Source: Eledone cirrhosa (taxonomy: Eukaryota). Taken from it: a stretch of 64,000 nt of DNA. Each line of letters starts with the position of its first letter. The first letter of the stretch is position 1. Location of the stretch: assembly GCA_964016885.1 (NCBI GenBank), contig OZ024745.1, positions 34,782,001 through 34,846,000 on the forward strand, in the 5' to 3' direction. Of this stretch, positions 11,913 through 24,055 are shown one piece after another. Made by a program: the position numbers and the translations under genes. The notes beneath the pieces are model-generated. The model searched no databases and had not been told where the DNA came from. It saw nothing but the letters and a program-made list of their open reading frames with translations.

Positions 11913-13059
11913 CTACTCTCTTAAAAAGAAAATATTAGAATGAAGTGGTTATCAGTACATTCTTTGTTTTACCCCCAAAAGATGATGATTTACAAATACA
12001 GTCACTAAGCTGCACCAAACAGCAGCCAAATTTTTCAAATTACAATCTTTGCAGGATCAGTATTAAAGGGTTATTTTCATTTCTCTTTGTAACTTGGTAC
12101 TTCAACCATCTCACAGTAAAAAAAATAGAAAGCTATACATTTTCTAGTAGGAATTGGATTAATTATGATCATATGTATATTAGCAGTAGCACTAACATTG
12201 TGTGGTTTGTAATAGGGGAGTGTATGAAACCATATACGATACGTTTATGTATAATAAACACTCAAGAATCTGACTGAGAATATTTTAAGCTACCATTTTA
12301 TCACAGCTTTCTTAGTAGTGTGTGAGAATGCCTGGCAGCTGTTTCTGGATATTTATCTTTCAACAGTAATATTTACTCACTCAGTACTGAGATAAGAATG
12401 GGTTTTGTGTATGAAACATTAGCTAAAGATGCTCAATTGCATATAGTTAATCCAAATGCCACTGGAAGTGCACAGGTTCTTTTTTAACCATAGAACATAC
12501 TGCAGATAACTAGCATGATATATAACTTTCAATGTAAACATGAATTTTGTGAACCAAAATTCTTACATCAGTCTCACAAGTACAGCACTTTCCCATCCAA
12601 TGCAACAAAAAGCCAATACAATGCATTTTCATATAGTATATGCAAAATAATTACATAGTACTACATTAGTTGAGAATACTATAATTCTACATAGAGTTCC
12701 ATTCAAAACAAGGTGAATAACTGTGAAGGCTTTACCAATATCAAGATATAATCCAAAAATTAACATACAGATGCAACATACATAAAACCAATTATAGTAT
12801 CTTCAATGCTCAGAGTTTCACGCATTCACAGTTTTCTTTGGTGGAAATTTTGAAATTATTATTGTTATTATCAGTTTGTTTTTATTACAAATGACTCTTC
12901 TTTGTTTATTAACATTTAGATGAGTTGGCATGATTTCCAATTATTTATTCCATATCTTGTCAAATACTTGTAGAATTTAGTAAGTCTACTGAACAACCTC
13001 ATTTTTCTGGTTATGTAGGAACATTTGCATATATTTCGCTATCATTATTTCACTCTTTA

Positions 13060-13282
13060 GGGCGGTGGATTGGCAGTATCGGTAGAGGGTCGGACACCAT
13101 GCTTTGCAGCATAGAGTTACGGCTCTTTATGATCTGAGCTCAAATCCCGCCGAGGTTAACTTTGCCTTTCATCCTTATGGGGTTGATAAAATAAAGTACC
13201 AGTCACGCACTGGGATCGATTTAATCGACTTTCCCCTCCCCCAAAATTATTGGCCTTGTGCCTATATAAGAAACCATTATTT
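13060..13282 (+). mobile_element. tRNA-derived SINE, family 2 (first of a tandem pair)
   Basis: Head 'ggcggtggattggcagtatcggtagag..ctgagctcaaatcccgccgagg', core 'ttaactttgcctttcatccttatggggttgataaaataaagtaccagt', tail 'tggccttgtgccta..agaaaccattatt'. Confidence 0.85.
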
Positions 13283-13291
13283 CATCTTCAA

Positions 13292-13486
13292 AGGGTGGTG
13301 GATTGGCAGTATCGGTAGAGGGTCGGACGCCATGCTTTGCAGCAGAGTTACGTCTCTTTATGGACTGAGTTCAAATCCCACTGAGGTTAACTTTGCCTTT
13401 CATCCTTACAGGGTCAATAAAATAAAGTACCAGTAATACACTGGGATAATTGCTGGCCTTGTGCCAAAAAGTATAAACAGTTATTT
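13292..13486 (+). mobile_element. tRNA-derived SINE, family 2 (second of a tandem pair, internal deletion)
   Basis: Highly similar to 13060-13282; lacks the segment between 'cactggga' and 'aattgctggcc'. Confidence 0.85.
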
Positions 13487-13512
13487 CACTCTTCATCTCA
13501 CTATACCTTAAG

Positions 13513-13778
13513 ACAGGGTGATGTGTTGTTTCCTTGAGCAAGACACTTTATTTCACATTGCTCCAGTTTACTCAGCTGTAGAAATGAGATGATAGGGACT
13601 GGGGTCCATATCATGCAACTGCAAAGTGGTTCTGTAGGCGCCACAGAAAAAAAGCACCCACCACTCACTGTAAATGAGGTTGGTGTTAGGAAGGGCATCC
13701 AGCTGTAGAAATCAAGCCAGAATCAGTTCTCGTCCCACCCTTGCAAGCAGGGAAAAGCGGACGTAAAATGAAATGAAT
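13513..13778 (+). mobile_element. 5'-truncated copy of the CORE-like SINE at 6798
   Basis: Near-identical to 6855-7115. Confidence 0.88.
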
Positions 13779-14379
13779 ATATATATATGGATGTTAATGT
13801 ATTGAGTAGATTACTAACTCTGATTACCCCCAATTGAACCCAGGACTCATATATATATATATATATAATCAGTTACAACACATGGCTTCAGAATAAGTTG
13901 TATGAGGCATTGCCCTAACATAAGTCATGTCTCGGGTAATTTTAAAGCTGATGGAGCTCATCCTTTCCAGGTCTTAGTACACCTTTCTTCCAGAGAGAAA
14001 GAGCAAGGTGTGTTGATCCCAGAATAAAGTAGATACTTTACCTAGTGGTTATGAAAGGATGAGGGGTAAAGCTGATACCAGCAGAGTATGAAATCAGAGG
14101 GGAGATAGCCAAAATAAATGCTGTAATATATTCTAATCGATGCTATAACTCTTCTAATTTGCATCATACATGCACACACATACACATACATATACACATT
14201 CATATGTATAGCCAGTTGACTTAACAATTAGGAAAATTTTAAATGTAGTTGTACCAATGCAAATGACGAAAATAATAGTTAATCACTATAAATATTAGTT
14301 GATAAAATTGGGTAAAGTAACCCTGGAGATGGAAAAAAGTGAACAGTGCTTAAGAAAAATCGAACTCTGCATCTCTTGA

Positions 14380-14815
14380 TGTTTTTGTTTGGTCTTCCTC
14401 TGCATCTGGATTCTTTTATTTTGATTGCTTGGCACTTATTCATCCAACTGTAATTCTTCATATGCATCAGATGTCTATACTAGCACAGTCTTCTTTCTTG
14501 AACATTAAATTTGATTCCTCTTATACCCAGTCTTTCTCTCACTTCATTTCTCTTCTGTCATTTATACACACTAGCATTATACATGCAACTGAGTATACTC
14601 ACCTTATTTGGATCCAGTCTTGCACATGTTGAATGATTAGGTTTGCTGCTGTGAAACACTGCACATTGCACTCAAGCATCATATTATTAGCCTTTCATTT
14701 AGAATAAGAATCATTCTGTAGTTGGTATATCCACCTCATTCGTAGTTCTGGCTACTATGCTTTTGGAACATCCACTTCCAGTGCTAAATAAACCATCTGG
14801 ATATTAAAAACTATC
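14380..14815 (-). mobile_element. Old RTE LINE fragment (same group as 52257-53170)
   Basis: Minus KNYSWMNKCQAIKIKESRCRGRPNK aligns with DDQWVKKCQKMPVEGRHSRGRPRK. Confidence 0.6.
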
Positions 14816-14967
14816 AACCAATATATACATTCATGCACACACACATACATAAATACTTATATATGAATATACACATATGCATATGAATATATATGTATGA
14901 TTATATATACATATATATGTATGTACATTTATATATATATATGTGTTTATATATATATATATATAAT

Positions 14968-15114
14968 GAAGCGGAGGTGGTGAGAACAGACCTCAGATCG
15001 CTGAAGCTCACGGTGGAGATGACGAAGGACCGTGACAAGTGGAGAGATGCTGTGCTGAATAAGACCCGTCCCACCCTTGCAAGCAGGCCAAAGCGGACGT
15101 AAAGTGAGGTAAGG
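14968..15114 (+). mobile_element. Extreme 3' end of an RTE LINE after a (TA)n array
   Basis: AEVVRTDLRSLKLTVEMTKDRDKWRDAVLNKTRPTLASRPKRT*; ORF runs directly into the tail. Confidence 0.85.
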
Positions 15115-15212
15115 AACCAGGTGGACCATAATGCACCTAAGTACTTAATACTTCATCTTAGTTTAACGTCCATTTTCCACGCTAGCATGGGTTAAACGGA
15201 CTTATATATATA

Positions 15213-15337
15213 ACAAAGATTTAATATAGAAAAGGCTTCTACAGGACTAGAACTGTTTTATTCCAATGAAATCATCAGGAATGCCTTATTGAGTACCTTA
15301 TTTACTGTGGTTACCCCCGCTTCTACTTGGGATTGAC
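15213..15337 (+). mobile_element. PLE-like insert in short (TA)n, family D copy 1 (inverted hammerhead arm plus tail)
   Basis: TA-flanked; homologous to 54886-55091; tail motif attgagtac at 15288. Confidence 0.6.
15232..15287 (-). ncRNA. Type I hammerhead ribozyme, family D, mutated core (GAAA read as AAAA)
   Basis: Minus strand: aaggc(a)ttc-CTGATGA-t-ttc-attg-gaa-t-AAAA-cag-ttctagtc-ctg-TA-gaagcctt; 3-bp stem III, GUA triplet, bulged 8-bp stem I. Confidence 0.6.
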
Positions 15338-15924
15338 ATATATATATATAATTTTAATAGGGAGCTAACTGACCAGGGATGTGCAATCCACACACTAGTC
15401 AGTCAGTGGTGATGCAGATAAAATGATGCACTCAATGACATGTATACAAGCCAGAGCAGTTTTATGGAAATAAATTTACATAAAACTTCATATGGCCTTC
15501 GATGTATTTAATATTCTATTGTCATCATCATCACCGTTTAATGTCCATTTTTCCATGCTGGCATGAGTTAGACAAGTTATTCTGTTGTGAGAAATACCAG
15601 GTCAAGTGACCATATCTTGCTCATGTTGAACCGACATATATATATGAAGTCATCCATACAATGCAATGGGCGGAAACATAATAGCACCACTGACGATGTT
15701 ACAGATGTGCAACGAAAGAACTTTGATAGACTATATATATATGTGTTTGTATCTATATTGTATCTGTATTTTTGACTGTTGGTCAGTCAATGGTAACATT
15801 GAGGACCGAATAAATTAAATTAACCGATATAAAAGACACAGAAGCGAAAACCAGCCAAACAGTGAGTGTGCTCTGTTATTAATTCTGGCAATATTATTAC
15901 ACAAATATGACCCTCCCCAAGTGT

Positions 15925-15991
<67 letters not shown>

Positions 15992-16244
15992 TACCCGCAA
16001 GGTTTTTCTTTGTTGGTAAATAAGCTTCCTCAGTTGATGTCCATAAGCATAATTTCTGTAAGATTTTAGCTTATTTTCAGTTAGCATCCAAGCAGAGGTA
16101 ACTCCTCTAAAGATGGTTAACAAACCAAAAATGGCTGTTAGGGTGCTCTTCGTTGCTTTGTGAAATCCACCACTTCTAAAATTCATAGTAAGGCAATAAA
16201 AATGTTTATTTGCATGAACATTTTGTATATGAACCCACCAGGTG

Positions 16245-16858
16245 CTTTACTGTAAATATCCTAAGCAGTTACTGTATGGGGAGTTATACAAAGCCAAACT
16301 TCCAAGGCATGAACTAAAACTCTGTTATAAAGACTGCATCAAAAGAACTTTGATAAAATCAAAAATCAGAGGAGATAACTGGGAAGACATTCCCTCAGAC
16401 CGATTATTGGGGAGAAAAACAGTGTTTAATGGAAAACAGGAATTTGAAAAATGTCATGTGAAGCATGAAAAATTAAAGAGAAGTCTTCATAAGGGCGTAC
16501 ATGATATTACTTTACCTAGATTTTCAGATGCTCAAATTGACTTCACGTGCAATGAGTGTGACCGTATTTGCCTCAGTAGAGTTAGTCTTAGAAGTCATTA
16601 TAGACGCCATGTACAAATTATTGCCAATTATGATCTCTTTTGCATTTCTTCTTGTCAGATGCATGTAAAATAATGTGCCTCAACTAGTGGACCCCAACGT
16701 CAGTTGAAAACTCACCAAAACAGAACAGGTAACCAAAGTGGAAGTAATATTCCTCACAGTAGCATATGCAGAAAGGAATGTAAATCCTTGAGAGGGCTAA
16801 AGTGTCATGTTCGTGCCACCCATATTTCTGAGGGGGATCAGGTGGTATCAATTCTTGA
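16245..16858 (+). mobile_element. RTE-clade LINE 3' fragment with C-terminal C2H2 zinc fingers
   Basis: YPKQLLYGEL...KLCYKDCIKRTL..WED..SDR, then CNECDRICLSRVSLRSHYRRH and [20 protein letters not shown]. Confidence 0.8.
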
Positions 16859-16882
16859 TATGTATATATATATATATGTATA

Positions 16883-16913
<31 letters not shown>

Positions 16914-16930
16914 ATATGTATATATACATG

Positions 16931-17004
<74 letters not shown>

Positions 17005-17061
17005 ATTATCATCACCATCACTGTTTTACTTCCATTCTTCCATGCTAGCATGGGTTAACCA

Positions 17062-17368
17062 TCCTTCACATCAAAAATAAGGACCACGTACTGCAATAGC
17101 CTGGGGTTGAAAGAGCCCCAGCTTTTTATTAAGCTACCAAAAAATCTGAGAGTTCTACATGGTGTGCATGTAGATGTTTTCAAGAAACATCTCAACATTC
17201 TGCTAACCAAGATCCTAGATGAACCCACAACATGAGGCGAAGTGCAAATAAGGGCAGCAGCAAAAATTCCCTTTTGCATCAATGGCCAACCAAGGATGGA
17301 AGGCTCAAAATAGTGTAGCATCAATGGCAGTGCCACAGCATGGCCTCAGCCTTTTGGCTAGAACACAT
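17062..17368 (+). mobile_element. CR1/L2-like LINE 3' fragment
   Basis: SKIRTTYCNSLGLKEPQLFIKLPKNLRVLHGVHVDVFKKHLNILLTKILDEP; related copy on minus at 24580-24800. Confidence 0.75.
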
Positions 17369-18378
17369 AATATATATATGTGTGTGGGGGGGGGGTACAC
17401 TTGTAATGCAGCTTAGATAGTTTAGTATTTTATTATGCTTTTATTTCCTTGTAGCTTTTCACACCATTCCTTTCTTTCAATTTTGTCCAACATCACCTTC
17501 ATACATATTACATACAATTCATTAATTTTGCATTCTTTCTGCCTTACATTTTTTCCATACATGATGCTTTATATGATTGTGATTGTTGTGTGCCATTTAT
17601 AATCCCATCTTTCCTTCCCAATACACAACTGGTCTAAATCCCTGTGATATAACCCACTGTTTGTATGTATACATTGTTTAAATGTTTCTTCTCTCCCTCT
17701 ATGTTTGATACAGCAGTTATATATATATATAATAATTGAAAATTTAGCTCATATAATATAATTCTTTCATAATCTTTCCTTTTTCTTCTAATTATAAAAT
17801 AAACTATATTTTATTACACAATTTCTTTTTCTTGATCCAGTTACAATAATAGAGTATCATCAATGTGGTCTTTTTTATTGTTGTCTTTCAGCCAGTGTTT
17901 ATTTAATATTTCATGTAAATTTGATAAAGTTAAAAAATAAATTTTATTTTTTTAAATAAACATTAAATATATATTCTGGATATGAAATGTTTATATAATT
18001 GCATATAATAATGTGAATCATTTAATTTCCTCACTGATTTCATCTCATATCACATTGAATATATTCTTACAAAACTTTTCATTTTAAATAATCTTAATTT
18101 TTAATTTTTGTTCTTATTTGAATGAATGCAATTATAGTGAATGAAAAATATATAATTAAGAAAAAGAAAGCCATAGATAATTAGAAAAATAAATGATATT
18201 TGGTGATAGCAAATAATAATATATAATGGACAAAAGATATTTTCTCAGACTATGTTGAAATATAATTTCTCTTAATTTCACAGTAAAATCTTTTGTTCCA
18301 TCTCATTTCTCTAGAACAAATGGATTTACTTCTTTATTTTCTCATCTTTTCATATATATATATATGTATGTATGTGCC

Positions 18379-18441
<63 letters not shown>

Positions 18442-18717
18442 GTACATATATGTATCTTAGCCATGTTTATTGTTTTTTTTTATAGCTATATAAAACACAT
18501 ATTTAGCTTCAATAACCTAAAATGATCATCACTCATTAATGTAGTGGAACTAAGATATTTTCTTCAGTTTCTCGTTTTGATCTTATACAGAAATTAATTT
18601 ATTTATATGCTCAGTAATTAACTAGAATGGAAAAACTACATAACAACATGCTTTCCATCCTTGTTTTTTTAAAAAGATTTTCTATCATATCATTGCTTCA
18701 TCTCTTCATATCATTAC

Positions 18718-18843
<126 letters not shown>

Positions 18844-18885
18844 TATACATACATATGTATATACATACATATATGTATATATATA

Positions 18886-18968
<83 letters not shown>

Positions 18969-19373
18969 TATATATATATTTATATATACATATACATGTG
19001 AATATATATATATATATATATGTATGTTTGAATTTTTTTATTTCATTATTTAAAATATATTTTTGTCACTGCTTTGTCACTTGCTTTGTCACCAAATGAC
19101 TGCTTGTATCTGCGGGACTGGTTGTCTCGTCTCAGAGGTCCTATTATTATTAAGACTTTTAAACTCCTCAGTAATCCAACCAAAATTTCAACTATTCACA
19201 AATATAGTTTCTTATAGAGAGATTATTTCTATCTACTACATTTTACTTACATCCTAAGTTTGAATTCTATTTGTAACACGCAGATCGGTGCCCGTTGGTG
19301 ACAGGCCCTACTAAGTCCCTGAAATGGACCTATTTCTGACATTCCAGTCTCCGCATCTTTATTTGCATTGCAG

Positions 19374-19439
19374 ATGCTGAGGACAACAGCCGTGTGGAAG
19401 ATGGAGGGTCAAACAACACCTACGTACAGTGTGTATTAT
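19374..19439 (+). CDS. Candidate 66-nt internal exon of an unidentified host gene
   Basis: 'tctttatttgcattgcag|' acceptor and '|gtgagt' donor, length divisible by 3, GC-richer than flanks; open in two frames (xAEDNSRVEDGGSNNTYVQCVL or MLRTTAVWKMEGQTTPTYSVYY). No recognisable protein. Confidence 0.4.
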
Positions 19440-19484
19440 GTGAGTTAAGACAGCTGTCACCACTGGGCTGACATCCAGTGACAA

Positions 19485-19877
19485 CACTACTACTACTACT
19501 ACTCCTACTTCTACTACTGATAATAATAACTACCATAAACTACATATAATCTAATAATTTATCATCATTACTATTATTATTACTATTATTATTATTATTA
19601 CTATTACTATTATTATTATTATTACTATTATTATTATTATTACTATTACTGTTATTAACATACAACCATCACCACCACTACTACTATTACTGTCATTATT
19701 ATTAAGGATACTACTACTGTAATAAGTCAAAATTATAATAGTTTTCTTCCCTGATATTACTACTATTAATATTAAGCCTACTACTACTACACTCATAATA
19801 ATTACAATAGATTTATCCACTGATTCTACAACTACTACCATTACCATTATGGCTAATACTACTACTACTATTAAGGT

Positions 19878-19918
<41 letters not shown>

Positions 19919-19930
19919 TTACTATATTAT
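19485..19930. repeat. (ACT)n/(ATT)n low-complexity tract
   Basis: Direct reading; source of the poly-V/I ORF. Confidence 0.92.
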
Positions 19931-20811
19931 GTTCTTCATTGCAAGAACATCTATCTATCACATGTTTCCAACATTAAACAAAAATATCCATTACCACAGT
20001 AAACAACTAACCAGACAAACAAAACGTCAGTCAAACAGTCCAACAATCAAGTAATTCAATCAATTAATCAATTAATCGACCAATCAATCATTTAATCAAA
20101 CAGGCAGGCAGGCAGGCAGGTAGACAGAGAGAGCGAGATTGTGAGAAAGAGAAAATGATAGTGGGAGTGAGTCAGAGAGAGAAAAAGACAGACAGGTGGT
20201 TATTGTATTATTATTTTGTTTTTACATTTTGTTAATTCTTTTATTAATTCATTGTCCAATAAAGAAGTTTGCTTTCCTGAGCTAAGCTGGAGAATCAAGG
20301 GAAGGAAGAAAGATAATTTTTATGGTAGCAGTGCTGATCAGTATTCTACAGAGAGAGAAGTTGACCAAACCCACTTAAATATTCATTCATTCACCGATCT
20401 GCGTTTTACATAAATAAGAGTTAACATTACGTCAAGATTAGCTTTCTTCCTAGCAAAACCATTTCTGTAATTGAAATTCCTACTGGTTAATTATTATTAT
20501 TGCTATGAATTTAAAATCTAAGGCAATATTGCTTCAATATCAACATCTCTGTTCAGAGATGCATTAGTGTTTGCTTTTTTAAGAAACCAAGGGATATTTA
20601 AATTGGTTGCATATTTTTATTATATAAAAACTTAAATTTCTTTAAACTCTTAGTTTCCTTATTGCATTCAATAGATTTTTCAAAGATTTTCAAGACCAAT
20701 GTTGATAAAAGAGAATTTTCCATAAATTTGACAAACTTTTAATTGGCCAAGATTAAAAGGGAAACAAATACCTCTTTTTACAATCTCTGGAAACGTAAAC
20801 TAACAAACACT

Positions 20812-20866
<55 letters not shown>

Positions 20867-21037
20867 TTAATGATAAGATAATAATAAATATATAAAACAA
20901 AGAATATTCAAATTTAATTAATAGATTTATAGATTTATGTATCTCATCGACCTTCCTATTTACATGGGGAGTCTTGTTATTATGGAATTCTTAATCATTC
21001 AAAATCTTTGCTTGGATTAATTTGTGGCAATGTCAGT

Positions 21038-21114
<77 letters not shown>

Positions 21115-21895
21115 GGATGTGTATGTGTGCAACAACATTTATCTGGTTAAGTATTGATATATTCAGTTAAGTATTGATATATTCAGTTTTATACAAATGT
21201 GATATTCTGATGCAATATAAATAACAATGGTTTTGTTGGAAAGAATTCAGTTATGCAAATTTGCAAGTGGAAAAAGAAAAGAATAACATCCACTATTCCT
21301 CTATTTTATTGATGCTGCAAAATAGTTTTGATGTTAGAGTAGATGTAATTGAAAAGGTCTAAAAGTCAGACTTTAGTTCTGACAAGCTTGACTAATAGCA
21401 GTGAAATGTAATTTCAAATGCTTTCTATAAAGAAAAAAAAACAAGAAAAAGAAAAATCTCTTATACAATTCTTTTCCTTCTCTCTCTAACTCACTCATCA
21501 GATCTATCAGTCCTGTTGCATTCTCCATTCCCTCGACGTCTTCCTCCTTCTCTTCTTTTTCCAATTATTACAACTATTCCAATTAGCTCTCCCAAAAGCT
21601 CCTCAATTTTTAATAATCTCACCTGATATATGAAGTAACACTTCCTTTGTTCTTACCTACCTCTCACTCACAAGTTTTGATAGTCCCTCTAGATTTCTGT
21701 CCTACAAACTCACATTATACTCAATCCAATCTCTTATGATTATTTTATATGTTTGTTTATTTCATTTCATCTATTTGAACACAAATAAGCTGATATCATT
21801 TTTTTCTTTAGTCTAATATGTTATAATGTTTACAGCGACTTTCTCTTTCTCTAAAGAAAGTCTCTGACATTTTTAAGTAAAACTCACACAACCAC

Positions 21896-21954
<59 letters not shown>

Positions 21955-22295
21955 TGTCTGTGTGTGTATGTGCAAATGTATATATATAAACCACACACCA
22001 TGGGTTTTCTTTTTTATGAACAAGAAATAACTTATTAATTTTGAACCACCAATACTATGTGCACTTGTTTTGGAATACAGTGGAGTTAAGTGCTAAATAT
22101 GTGCGCCAATGTACGAAACTTAGTGATAATGATAGACTAATAAAAAATGTATTGAATTTGTATTCAGCAAATACAATAATTTGTATCCTTGCCATTTTTT
22201 AAAGGGTTTCACACTTGTTTGGGGTTTTTTCACTACCATTTTCTTTTTTATTTATTTACCTTCAATTTTCTCTTTACTTTTATAAACCTATGTGG

Positions 22296-22388
<93 letters not shown>

Positions 22389-23269
22389 TAATGCCATTTA
22401 TAAAATCTTTTATACTTCATTTAAATTCCTTGTATATATATATATATATACAAGGAATTTAAATGAAGTATAAAAGATTTTATAAATGGCATTAATTGTA
22501 GTTACGATGATTGTGATGGTAGTATAAGGAAATAATAAAATGGTAAAATAGAAATAAAATATATAGAAAACATATGGAATACGAATTTATGTTGTAAGTA
22601 GTGTGTGAAAATATTAAGTTTTCTCCTAATACAAGGAGTTTTTCAAACGTACAAAGGTTATGATGGGCTTGTAGTGTTTAAAGGATTTAATTTTTTTGTG
22701 TATAATATATTTGTTTATTAAATACTTCTATGCATATTGGATTTCGTTCTTTTCTGTTGTGCAAATAGTGCATGGCATTTCCCCATTTGATTGCCTCCAA
22801 TATCAAAGCTGAATCATTCATAGAAAATATTCCAATAAGACAAGATATGAATTGCATGGTGATGAACACAATTAACTAGCTGAAAGTGTGTTAAGACGAT
22901 TAAGGGAAGTTGGCAGTAGAATTAATATATAACTAGGACACATTTGCATACATACATACATACATACATACATACATACATACATACATACATACATACA
23001 TACATACATACATACATACATACATGCATGCACACATACATAGATGAATATGTGTCATATATAACTATATTAATATATAATTGTGTATGTGTAAAATGAG
23101 AAAAATGCTATAAGATGCTGTCAACTTCTCTTGCAAAAATACTATCAACACAATTTGTCAATAAAAAAACTATCATTTAGGTTTAAGTCACTCAAAAAGT
23201 ATTGAAGAAAAAACAAAATTGAAATCCAGAAAATAAATATTTGAAAAGATAGATAGATATGCATGTATG

Positions 23270-23335
<66 letters not shown>

Positions 23336-23492
23336 ATGTATATAAATTTTGAGTATATGTTGGTTGTTTACCAACACCTCAGTATGCAGATTGGAGCACT
23401 CAACGAAGTACGCAGGTTGGTTTGGTTACTCCGGAGTAATGTAAAATAATTAAGTCAAATATTTAAAATTTGGCTTCGTTTATTAAACATGT

Positions 23493-23547
23493 ACTGCTAT
23501 ATATATTTCGGTGACAGCCATCATTGGCTGTGACCTCTTCAGACAGT
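23493..23547 (-). ncRNA. Minimal type I hammerhead ribozyme (family B, opposite arm)
   Basis: Minus strand: actgt-CTGAAGA-(same stem II)-GAAA-tatata-TA-gcagt; stem I closes with a U-G wobble. Confidence 0.82.
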
Positions 23548-23628
23548 CCAGGAGCTGGACATATCGGAGTATTGACGGAGTAAAACACTTCAACAACATG
23601 TGTACCTGTCTCTACCACACCAATTCAG

Positions 23629-23683
23629 ACTGCCTGAAGAGGTCACAGCCAATGATGGCTGTCACCGAAATATATATAGCAGT
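23629..23683 (+). ncRNA. Minimal type I hammerhead ribozyme (family B), cleanest copy
   Basis: actgc-CTGAAGA-ggtcacagcca-atga-tggctgtcacc-GAAA-t-ATAT-a-TA-gcagt; intact core, G-C first stem II pair, palindromic loop III. Confidence 0.88.
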
Positions 23684-23925
23684 ACATGTTTAATAAACGA
23701 AGCCAAATTTTAAATATTTGACTTAATTATTTTATATAATGTATATATATATATATATATATGTATATGAACATACATGAATGTCTATCTATCTTTTCAA
23801 ATATTTATTTTCTGGATTTCAATATGGATATATATGCATGTATATATATATATGTATATATATGTATATATATATAACCCATGCTAGCATGGAAAGTGGA
23901 CATTAAACGAGGATGATAATGATGA

Positions 23926-24010
<85 letters not shown>

Positions 24011-24023
24011 CATATATATATAC

Positions 24024-24055
<32 letters not shown>

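Larger units (their letters stand above)
23343..23734 (-). mobile_element. Fold-back PLE-like insert in (TA)n, family B copy 2
   Basis: Tail 23343-23441; 107-bp arms 23442-23548 / 23628-23734 with one mismatch seen; ~80-nt spacer. Confidence 0.82.

Noticed and set aside
21495-21622. Minus-strand exon VRLLKIEELLGELIG...RSD joining 19376
   Set aside because: Acceptor lacks a pyrimidine tract and looks more like a donor; the plus-strand reading is better supported.
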